A DNA stretch of 40,702 bases from a virus: IMG/VR virus record IMGVR_UViG_3300045988_072105, positions 1 to 40,702 of that record, one strand, 5' to 3'. The translations under genes and the position numbers were made by a program. Numbering within the stretch: the stretch's first letter is position 1; every line of letters begins with the position of its first letter. Below, piece after piece: positions 1-7,609 of this stretch. Below the pieces are notes generated by a model. That model was given only the letters and a program-made list of their open reading frames with translations, was not told where the DNA came from and searched no databases.

Positions 1-119
1 AAACGACAATCAACGGTACAACGTGGTTGAAAAATTCGTAAATTTTATGTCGTAGTCAATCTCGTATTCAACCTACTCAAACCCTTGCGGTTGTAAGGTT
101 GACTTGTTTATACCAAAAA
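1..119. repeat. Terminal direct repeat copy A (119 bp). It contains the last 55 nt of the integrase ORF plus 64 nt downstream.
   Basis: Base-by-base comparison with 40584-40702 shows identity. Position 120 is the first base with no counterpart, because the window ends at 40702. Confidence 0.95.
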
Positions 120-265
120 CTATCTATGGTTGCCATCAAATCTTCATACGTTCTCGAACGTTTGAAAAGCGCGTATTTTATCAAAATATCGTTTTCGTCA
201 TTTTTCGATAATTAAAAAAAGACGTATTCATTTTCGTATTCATTGCCCGCACAATTGAGAAAACG

Positions 266-282
266 AGCCCGAGGGCTTTTTT
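266..282 (+). terminator. Weak candidate intrinsic terminator downstream of int
   Basis: AGCC-cgag-GGCT short stem followed by TTTTTT at 277-282. The stem is only 4-5 bp. Confidence 0.4.
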
Positions 283-330
283 ATTTTGTCCGTTATAATA
301 GACAATCCCCAAAATTGCCGTTATAAACGC

Positions 331-357
331 AAAAAAGCCCCTCCAAAAAGGAGGGGT
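331..357 (-). terminator. Intrinsic terminator closing the late (minus-strand) operon
   Basis: On the minus strand: CCCCTCC-ttttt-GGAGGGG (7-bp GC stem) followed by CTTTTTT, immediately after the stop codon at 363. Confidence 0.85.
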
Positions 358-362
358 AACAT

Positions 363-1166
363 TTATTGATTTTTATTTTCCAAGGCTTCAATTCTGGAAA
401 TCAAGCCTGTTAATTCTTCTCTAACTTTACTCAAGGTTAAAAACGGATCACTACCATTTTGAAGTTTAGTATCAATCAGAGCATCAAGGCCTAATTCAAG
501 ATGTTTATCCTTGATATTGTTAGTCATCTGCGCTTGCAATGTGGCATAAGTCGGAAACGTCTGATAGGCCATTTCTGACGTTAGATAAGGGCTCAAGTCA
601 ACCGCTGGTGCTGTCGGAGCTGGTTTATTTTCCAAGGATTGGACCGATAGGGCCAACGATTGTACTCGACTTTCTAACGGGCCAAGATCGACCGCTGTAG
701 CTTGTGGTCGTGCTTCGAGGGCTTCAATCCGTGCGACTAGTGGCCCGTCATTGTATGCTTGTACAGTTTGGCCGGCAAGATAGTTTGCGATCTCATCGCG
801 TAAGCTGACCTTGCCCAGCTCAACCATTTCGGTCGGTTGGTATTCTTCCGCGGATTGAATCACGTCAACTCGGACGCTCTGATCGCTTGGGAATACGTAC
901 CCGTCGCACTCAACCTCGACAAGATAGCTCTCGACCGGTAGTACTTTGGGAATCTTAAACAATACTTTTGAGCCTTGGACAGTCGCGCTAAACGACGCTT
1001 TGCCTTTTTTGCTCACAAAGTGAATTGTAGCTTCCCGGCCATCAAGATCAATCGGTACCCAGTTCTCATCATACATTGCAAACCCAAAAAAGGAAGCCGA
1101 GTCGCCCTGTTTGACAACCCGACCGCCCCCAAACTGCTTTAAATTTGTACAGTTTGATCGATTCAT
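363..1166 (-). CDS. Baseplate/tail-fibre-like protein (BppU-like N-domain plus coiled coil), encoded downstream of the lysis cassette. Function unknown.
   Basis: 267-aa ORF with ATG preceded by AAAGGGGTG. The N-terminal beta-rich segment (..VKQGDSASFFGF..IDLDGREATIHF..VLFKIP..) resembles the BppU-type Ig-like domain. The C-terminal two thirds are heptad-rich, with RIEALE occurring twice. Confidence 0.75.
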   Translation of the reverse strand: MNRSNCTNLKQFGGGRVVKQGDSASFFGFAMYDENWVPIDLDGREATIHFVSKKGKASFSATVQGSKVLFKIPKVLPVESYLVEVECDGYVFPSDQSVRVDVIQSAEEYQPTEMVELGKVSLRDEIANYLAGQTVQAYNDGPLVARIEALEARPQATAVDLGPLESRVQSLALSVQSLENKPAPTAPAVDLSPYLTSEMAYQTFPTYATLQAQMTNNIKDKHLELGLDALIDTKLQNGSDPFLTLSKVREELTGLISRIEALENKNQ

Positions 1167-1178
1167 TCAATCACCCCT

Positions 1179-2024
1179 TTACTCATAATAGTTGACTAGA
1201 TCGTCTTTATCCCAGCAAGATAACCAAACAGGGCCGAATTGCCCAAATTGGAATAAACGGTAGTAGTAGCCGCCGTAATATCCGCCGTCTCCAGTGTCTG
1301 TGATATTGACTTCATCGCCAGCAAATGAGAAATACATTCCAGATTTAAAGTCTTGATCTGCTCCATCTGGCAAGTTGTTGCCGTCTTTATCAACCCAGTT
1401 TACCATTGATACCGGAATACCGTTCTCGGTCCAGTCGAAGCCAACGGGCGCGAGATAGTCGCATTTGATTTGCCACATACCGTTTACATACTTGACCTCA
1501 TTCGCTTCATAATAAGCCTTATCTTGAGGTTGTACAGTTGTATTCGCTCGGTTGTTTGTCTGTGGTGCTGTGTCAGCATATCGCCAGACCTCGATATAAG
1601 CTGGTTTATTCCAACCGTAATATTCGTTCCACGGATAGGTATTGATAGCTTGTCCGGGTGCGCCTTGTGTCGAGTAGTCGCAAGAAATGAAATTGACGCT
1701 ATCAATCATCACTCCGACGTGGCCACCAGCACCGCCAGAAGTAGACATATCAGCGCCCCAGCTCATAAGGACGATATCGGCCGGTTGAGCATCCCACGCT
1801 TGGTTACGGCTCACACGATAGAAGCCGTTACGTGACAATTGTTGCCCGAGAGTTACCGTGGACGGCAAGCCGATGATCTTGATTCCAGCTTCTTTCAAAA
1901 CTTGCGACATGATACCCGAACAGTCACCCGTACCGTCTGAACCGTTACGGCTCCCGAGCATTGAATAGGTAATCAGTCCACGACGACTAATGAAGCCGTT
2001 TACAATAGATTGTTGTACACTCAT
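1179..2024 (-). CDS. Endolysin: N-terminal Amidase_5/CHAP-like cysteine peptidoglycan hydrolase plus a C-terminal aromatic-rich cell-wall-binding domain
   Basis: Contains ..YSMLGSRNGSDGTGDCSGIMSQVL.. and ..GGHVGVM.. (Cys/His hydrolase pattern). Sits directly after the holin. I chose the ATG at 2024 (RBS AGAGGAA, 6-nt spacer) over the ORF-track start at 2048, which has no RBS. Confidence 0.85.
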   Translation of the reverse strand: MSVQQSIVNGFISRRGLITYSMLGSRNGSDGTGDCSGIMSQVLKEAGIKIIGLPSTVTLGQQLSRNGFYRVSRNQAWDAQPADIVLMSWGADMSTSGGAGGHVGVMIDSVNFISCDYSTQGAPGQAINTYPWNEYYGWNKPAYIEVWRYADTAPQTNNRANTTVQPQDKAYYEANEVKYVNGMWQIKCDYLAPVGFDWTENGIPVSMVNWVDKDGNNLPDGADQDFKSGMYFSFAGDEVNITDTGDGGYYGGYYYRLFQFGQFGPVWLSCWDKDDLVNYYE

Positions 2025-2035
2025 GTTCGATTCCT

Positions 2036-2365
2036 CTATTTCTTCCATTCGTCGTTAGCTTTTTTGACTGCTGCTTCAATAAATGTATTAAGCTCTTGGT
2101 TCGTCAAGTGGATATTTTGAGACTCAAGACCCTCAATCAAGCTAGTTTTAGCGTGTTCTAACTTGTCTTTTCCGTGGATATCCAACTTATCAGCAACTTG
2201 CTCTGTAGCGTTGACAGCGTTCTTTGCCAAGATCTCGACGATCTCAATTGCTTTCTTGCCTCCTCGCATGAGTAAGTATTTTTTAATCGCTTGAACCACT
2301 ATACCAGTCAATACAACTAAAATACTCATAGCTGATGAAGTAATAATGCTTGTAATTTGATCCAT
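2036..2365 (-). CDS. Holin, LL-H family-like
   Basis: 109 aa with one N-terminal TM segment (MSILVVLTGIVVQAI), then a charged helical tail ending ..FIEAAVKKANDEWKK, typical of Holin_LLH. Lies immediately upstream of the lysin. RBS GAGGAAA. Confidence 0.8.
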   Translation of the reverse strand: MDQITSIITSSAMSILVVLTGIVVQAIKKYLLMRGGKKAIEIVEILAKNAVNATEQVADKLDIHGKDKLEHAKTSLIEGLESQNIHLTNQELNTFIEAAVKKANDEWKK

Positions 2366-2366
2366 G

Positions 2367-2774
2367 TTATTTTTCCTCTTTAATTTCTAGGTCTAAAAAC
2401 CGTTCAAACAGCACTTTAATAGCACCATTCCCGCCCAGTTCAATATAACTCTCATAAAGCCGGGAAAGCTCTTCTATTTCGTGCTGGTTAGTATGCCCTT
2501 TTTTAAGGGCGTTCTTCAGATTCTCTTGCAATCGAAAACGTTGAAGCCGTTGTAAGCCTTTCCCGATGATCGTTAAATTCTTTTTGTTATCTTTTCCAAT
2601 TTCTTCCACGTTTGATACTGACTTCTCAAGGGTGTCTATCTTACTAGATAGACCCTCAAGACGTTTGTCAGCTTCTTTCGAGGTTTGAGTGCTTCTGTAT
2701 GAAAAATAACTTGGAATTATCACGACCAAAACGGGCGTTAATTTATCAATAATGACAGAAAAATCAATAATCAC
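2367..2774 (-). CDS. Membrane-anchored coiled-coil protein of unknown function (lysis-cassette accessory?)
   Basis: 135 aa, GTG start with AAAGGAGGG RBS, N-terminal TM (LTPVLVVIIPSYFSY). The stop lies 1 nt before the holin start. Confidence 0.7.
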   Translation of the reverse strand: MIIDFSVIIDKLTPVLVVIIPSYFSYRSTQTSKEADKRLEGLSSKIDTLEKSVSNVEEIGKDNKKNLTIIGKGLQRLQRFRLQENLKNALKKGHTNQHEIEELSRLYESYIELGGNGAIKVLFERFLDLEIKEEK

Positions 2775-2791
2775 ATATCTGCCCTCCTTTT

Positions 2792-3004
2792 TTACATAGG
2801 CGTTGGCATCGGCCGATTCATACGTTCTTCCGTTTCGTTAAATAGATCATTTAAATCCTTGTCATGCTCAAGAACCGATTTTAAATGTGTCAATTCTTCG
2901 ATAGCTTCTGCATACAACACTTTAAGACGTGCCTTATCATAGCTTAATTGTGCGATTTGGATTGATAATTCATTCATGATTTTATCCTCTGTTGTTTGAT
3001 CCAT
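2792..3004 (-). CDS. Small hypothetical protein
   Basis: 70-aa ORF, ATG with AAAGGAAA RBS, co-oriented in the tail-lysis junction. Confidence 0.6.
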   Translation of the reverse strand: MDQTTEDKIMNELSIQIAQLSYDKARLKVLYAEAIEELTHLKSVLEHDKDLNDLFNETEERMNRPMPTPM

Positions 3005-3019
3005 TCGTTTTTCCTTTCT

Positions 3020-6000
3020 TTAAATCCGATAGTCTCCGATATTTTTCCAACCGGCCTCTCGCGCTATTGCGACAACAAATTGCGCAAGATTATTAAAATA
3101 GCCAACAAGATCTTTTCGATTGATTACAAGCGATCCCGTACTTAGTGATTGAAAATTTCCGATCGATCCTGTAAATGTTTGAGCGTTTACGCTTGTTCCT
3201 GTAATTGCTCCCGTCGTTAAAGATGATCCACCTCCACCAGAAATAATTATCTTTCCGCTAGAATATAATGTTAGTTTGTCATCTGCTGTGAGGGCTATTT
3301 TATTAGCCGTCGCAATTATTTTGTTTTCAAAAAAATTGCCCGTCGTGTTCCCGATTTCAATATACGTTTTTGAATACGCAACTCCACTCGGTTTGACAGA
3401 AAAATTTATTCCAGTGGGGGCTTTAGCTAAAATTGTACCCGTCTTTTTCTGTTTGTCCGCCCCGAGCATTAACGTAGTTGACGTGTACGAAGAAGCGGTC
3501 CATAGATCGCGACCATTTGATGGTCCGTGCATTTTATACATTTGCGTATCGTCGCAATTGACACCAATCATCAACCCTCCGCCATCATCACTACCTAGAC
3601 GATTGCCAGTCCCCAAAAATGAGTACATATTTTTACTTTTATTATAAAAAGTAAAAAGAGTTTGGTCGTTTAAGTAGAATTCGTTCTTTTTCGTGTCAAT
3701 ATAAAACGAATCATCAAGCGAGGAGAATATTGAACCTTTAACATTGATCCCCTTAAGAACCCCGGTAGTTATATTCCCAGCATCAAAGTTGATAACGGTC
3801 ATCTTATTAAAATCTGCGATACCACCCGAGATTTTACTTGCTGAAACAGTTTTTAGATTTGCGGAATCAATCACGGCTTCGTCGATGATTGTTTGGCCAG
3901 TGATCCGTGTCAACCGTCCATCGATCCGGTTCGTACCGTTAGCGAGTAGGTTGATAGAGTTAAGCACATCACCGCTATTAGTAAGGTTTCGCACTGCCCA
4001 CGAGCCGGCAAGCTGTGTTACTTGCGTTCTTGTGGCTTCCGCTGTAGCTTGGGCCTGTCTGGCTTGCTCGGCGACTTCGATCGCTTTTAGTTGAGCGTCA
4101 ATGGCCACTCTTCTCGCTTCTGCCGTTGCGCCCGACACTTCGCTGATTTTCGAGGTCATTTGCGATCCGAGGGCCTTTGTTTCAGCAAAAGCGTCGTCAA
4201 ACTGACTCGGTTTGTATGGACCAGTACGAGATCCACGGACAAGCATGATTTCTTTTATTTCTATCCAGCCATTTTTTGTGACATAAACATAAAAAGGTAA
4301 ATTTTTATGTTTACCGAACTCAAAATCTGAAGACATGTAAAATGTCCCTTGATATTCTTTCCATTCGTCCGAAACAGGATTGTTTGGTCTTGCGAATGTA
4401 GCTGTAAATGCTGCACGATTCAAGATGTGGTTTTTAATAATGACGTTACAGTCATAGTCGATCGCCCCACGAATACGATATTTAAAACCGACTGAATATG
4501 TTTCGCCTCGATAAATTTTGCGAACGTAAATCGGGAGCGTGAATCCCGACCAGTTATAAGACGTTGTGCCCTGTGCTTTAATTGTAAAAACTCCATTATT
4601 TACAGATACATTGACACCGGGTCGTTTTTCGTTAACTAAAACGTGCTGATCCATCGTCTCTGAATTGACGATTAAATTATTGTCACTTGTAACATACTTC
4701 CCGACTTCTGTTTGGAAAATCTCGCTAGACATGACAAGTCGCGACAACTTATCGGGTGCGCCTTCCTCGGTCGTGCCTAAGATTCGCTCGAAGAGTTTGG
4801 TCGATTCTCTAACCGCATTGAAATTAGTGACTTGCACTTCAATTTGACGCTTGTTAGCCTCTACTTGAGCGTTCGTGGTTGCTAAATCACTGTTGGTCTG
4901 GTCGATTCGTCCGTTCGCTTGTACGACTGATTGATTAACTTCCGAGACTTTTTGTTTCGTAAGTTCGACTTGATTATTTGCGTTATCAGCAGATTGTTGG
5001 GCATTTAAGACGTCAATCGTCGTCTTATTGATTTTATTATTAACTTCTCCAAAACGATCATTTACTTGGATAATTGTCTTGTTTAAGTTTTTATCGACTT
5101 CTCCGACTTTTGTATTGACTTGTGCCGTTATTGTTTCAGTCTTCCCTCTAACGCTCGCAATATCTTCAGATAATACTCGTGTTGTTTGGTCCGTTGAAGC
5201 AATCCGCGATGTTAAATCACGATAACGAGCGTCGTTCGCATCAACTGTTACAAATTTTTTCGATACTTCTCCGGCAATTTTATTGTAAATCGTCGTGCCG
5301 TTGTCGCTCTCGGTAAATGTCCGGTTGATTTTATCGCTTAGATCCTTACTTTTAAGGATCTCTTCTTTGATTTTGACCGATAGACTATCCGTATTTGGCA
5401 ACGTTCCAGCCTTGGTCAAGGCTTCTTCAGCTTTCGAGCGAACTTGCTCAATTGCTTTACTTGTAGTTGCCTGTGCTTCGGAAATCAACGTTTCGATCTT
5501 CTTCGTATCGACTTTGAGAATCTTTGGAAGCCATTCCGACCCGCTCCAATAATAGAGCTCTGTCTCTTCGCCTACCGTTAAGTATAAGAGATCGCCTTCA
5601 TGTAACGTCCCTCGTGGCTCGTCCTTTGGCTTCATAACACCGTAATAGTTAGTATTCTTGCCATTCGCGGAAACAAGCGCTCGTGTGGCCACCTCAAGAG
5701 CTCCTTCAGCATACTCTTTAGACTCTGATACGCTTCGCATGATCGAGCCTTCCGACGTGATCGCTTTCTGGACTGTGCCGACATCGTTACAAGTGACTTT
5801 ATGTTTTATCAACCGGCCCGTCACGTCATAACTGCTCTCGTATGATACAATACGGATCTTTTCGCGGAATCCAATCGTCTCGTTAATAGCCATGATATAG
5901 TCACCCGCTCGAGGCTGTGTGTACTTGTAGCCGGCTCGTGTCAAGTCTTCCATATCTAATTGGACGGAAACAGAATATGAATTATTTACTTCATATTCAA

Positions 6001-6730
6001 GGCGTTCTTGTAACTTCCCGGTATCTTTATATCGTTCGTCTACAATCGGTTCGCCTTCGATAATTCCGTACACTTCCGCTAGTGGGCTTGTGAACGACGC
6101 GGTATATCTGCCTTTGCTATGGTCATTTTCATCTTTCCACATCCCTAAACCGCGTTTATACGTGATGAAGCCATTGATATTCTTTTCGATCATGAGTTCG
6201 TTCATGTTGAAATTCTTCCGGACCACGGTCGAAAGATCAGTCCCGACTTTTTTCAAGATCCGAACGACTTTCCCAGTTACCGAAAACTCGAGTCCGGTTG
6301 CCTTGATAATGTCTTTTAACATTTTAAGCCGGCTAGTATTCCCGAAATTCTCTTTCCGAATCGCTTTCGCTTCGGCTTCTAAATTGTAACGATATCCACT
6401 GTTTTTAAAAATAGCCTCAAGATATTCAACTAATCTATGCGATCCGTTAAACTCTTCATAACAATTTGAATGATCGAAATCGTAAAAAAATTGATGAACC
6501 GCGTCGAACGATACGGATAAATTCCGGCCTTCGTCTTTTGGTTTGGCAAAGATGATTTTATAAATCTCACCATCCCATTCAAACGACCATCCACGATCAA
6601 TTTTTGACAATACTTTGTCGTTTGTAACGATAGTCCCGGTCACGGAACGCTCGCCATTTACCGCGTTTTTAGTGGTAAATTCGACTTGCGCACCGTAACC
6701 GTTACCCTTTTCATCGTAAAAAGTTATCAA
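3020..6730 (-). CDS. Tail-associated lysin-type tip protein (Tal) fused to a receptor-binding/fibre region
   Basis: 1236 aa, TTG start with GGGAGGAGGTG RBS. The N-terminal ~380 aa look like the Prophage_tail / phage minor structural protein N-terminal region. Then come long coiled coils, a beta-sandwich CBM-like insert, a second coiled coil and a C-terminal beta-rich head. Located directly after Dit. Confidence 0.85.
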   Translation of the reverse strand: MITFYDEKGNGYGAQVEFTTKNAVNGERSVTGTIVTNDKVLSKIDRGWSFEWDGEIYKIIFAKPKDEGRNLSVSFDAVHQFFYDFDHSNCYEEFNGSHRLVEYLEAIFKNSGYRYNLEAEAKAIRKENFGNTSRLKMLKDIIKATGLEFSVTGKVVRILKKVGTDLSTVVRKNFNMNELMIEKNINGFITYKRGLGMWKDENDHSKGRYTASFTSPLAEVYGIIEGEPIVDERYKDTGKLQERLEYEVNNSYSVSVQLDMEDLTRAGYKYTQPRAGDYIMAINETIGFREKIRIVSYESSYDVTGRLIKHKVTCNDVGTVQKAITSEGSIMRSVSESKEYAEGALEVATRALVSANGKNTNYYGVMKPKDEPRGTLHEGDLLYLTVGEETELYYWSGSEWLPKILKVDTKKIETLISEAQATTSKAIEQVRSKAEEALTKAGTLPNTDSLSVKIKEEILKSKDLSDKINRTFTESDNGTTIYNKIAGEVSKKFVTVDANDARYRDLTSRIASTDQTTRVLSEDIASVRGKTETITAQVNTKVGEVDKNLNKTIIQVNDRFGEVNNKINKTTIDVLNAQQSADNANNQVELTKQKVSEVNQSVVQANGRIDQTNSDLATTNAQVEANKRQIEVQVTNFNAVRESTKLFERILGTTEEGAPDKLSRLVMSSEIFQTEVGKYVTSDNNLIVNSETMDQHVLVNEKRPGVNVSVNNGVFTIKAQGTTSYNWSGFTLPIYVRKIYRGETYSVGFKYRIRGAIDYDCNVIIKNHILNRAAFTATFARPNNPVSDEWKEYQGTFYMSSDFEFGKHKNLPFYVYVTKNGWIEIKEIMLVRGSRTGPYKPSQFDDAFAETKALGSQMTSKISEVSGATAEARRVAIDAQLKAIEVAEQARQAQATAEATRTQVTQLAGSWAVRNLTNSGDVLNSINLLANGTNRIDGRLTRITGQTIIDEAVIDSANLKTVSASKISGGIADFNKMTVINFDAGNITTGVLKGINVKGSIFSSLDDSFYIDTKKNEFYLNDQTLFTFYNKSKNMYSFLGTGNRLGSDDGGGLMIGVNCDDTQMYKMHGPSNGRDLWTASSYTSTTLMLGADKQKKTGTILAKAPTGINFSVKPSGVAYSKTYIEIGNTTGNFFENKIIATANKIALTADDKLTLYSSGKIIISGGGGSSLTTGAITGTSVNAQTFTGSIGNFQSLSTGSLVINRKDLVGYFNNLAQFVVAIAREAGWKNIGDYRI

Positions 6731-6745
6731 ACGTTCACCTCCTCC

Positions 6746-7600
6746 CTATTTGTATAAATTTTTGAATCCGAGGATTCTGATCGTACCCTTAAAACTAGTA
6801 AACCATGTCACGCGATTATCAAATTTAGGACGGATCACGAAATATTCGAAATTAGTCCTATTGTTGACATTGATTTCTCTGTTTCCATCTACTAACACTG
6901 TTTCAATCCCACGCAAAAGCAACTTCTGCCCAGATCGAATCGGCGTTTCAACGTGTCGATAAGTGAACCGACGCCCGTCAATTTCAAGGAAAAAATCAGT
7001 ATTATCAGCGTTCGCGGTCAATTCCACGACAAAAGGTACTTCAAGCTGGCTCAACGGAGCTGTCCCTACATAACTAAAATTATTTGTCGTAAGATTTAAG
7101 TTTGTTGGTGAGCTTTCGGCAAATGGAAGCCCGGCCGTGACAAATGAAAACGAGAGATTATATTTTAAACCCACGGATGAATTTCCAATAAATTCGTATT
7201 CAATCTCTCCATGACTAATCACATTCCATAAACGGTCAAAACTACCATTACTTCTTGGTGGCTTTAACTCTCCCGTTTTTTGGCCCGGAAGCTCAAAATC
7301 ATATAAAGCCGGTTCGCTATCATAAAGCAATTCGATATAAAAACTATCGTCTCCTAAAACCCAAGCATTTAGTTTGTCTTTAAAAAGTAAAAAATCAGCT
7401 ATGGTGTTAACTTTCAACCTAGCCGTAACTGTGATTGTTTTTTCGGAATACGTTAAACCATCGAAAATATACCCGTTCCGTCCTCTAACTGTTCGACGGG
7501 ATGATTCCACGGTGGGAGAAGAATCTTCGACCGTGATATTATATAGGCCAAGACTAGATAACGTCTTTCTTTGGCCATCTTTTTTTATATATAAGTCCAT
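6746..7600 (-). CDS. Distal tail protein (Dit, Sipho_tail family)
   Basis: 284 aa, lying between the TMP and Tal as in all Firmicute siphophages. The sequence is beta-rich. Confidence 0.8.
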   Translation of the reverse strand: MDLYIKKDGQRKTLSSLGLYNITVEDSSPTVESSRRTVRGRNGYIFDGLTYSEKTITVTARLKVNTIADFLLFKDKLNAWVLGDDSFYIELLYDSEPALYDFELPGQKTGELKPPRSNGSFDRLWNVISHGEIEYEFIGNSSVGLKYNLSFSFVTAGLPFAESSPTNLNLTTNNFSYVGTAPLSQLEVPFVVELTANADNTDFFLEIDGRRFTYRHVETPIRSGQKLLLRGIETVLVDGNREINVNNRTNFEYFVIRPKFDNRVTWFTSFKGTIRILGFKNLYK

Positions 7601-7609
7601 ATCTTCTCC

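Noticed and set aside
1-119. Terminal repeats interpreted as attL/attR or as physical direct terminal repeats of the virion DNA
   Set aside because: The repeat begins inside the integrase ORF, and the terminase/portal type suggests headful packaging. An assembly overlap of a circular molecule is the simpler explanation.
1470-1835. Plus-strand ORFs embedded antisense in well-supported minus-strand genes. Examples: 1470-1835, 3276-3647, 3744-4094, 7995-8357, 9954-10322, 10719-11258, 12698-13021, 16109-16579, 18847-19365, 20135-20623, 28098-28463, 30144-30812, 32470-32853, 34392-34787.
   Set aside because: I saw no RBS at their starts. Their composition is S/R/L/P-rich and low in complexity, as expected for antisense frames. 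Each lies fully inside a gene with clear family motifs on the other strand.
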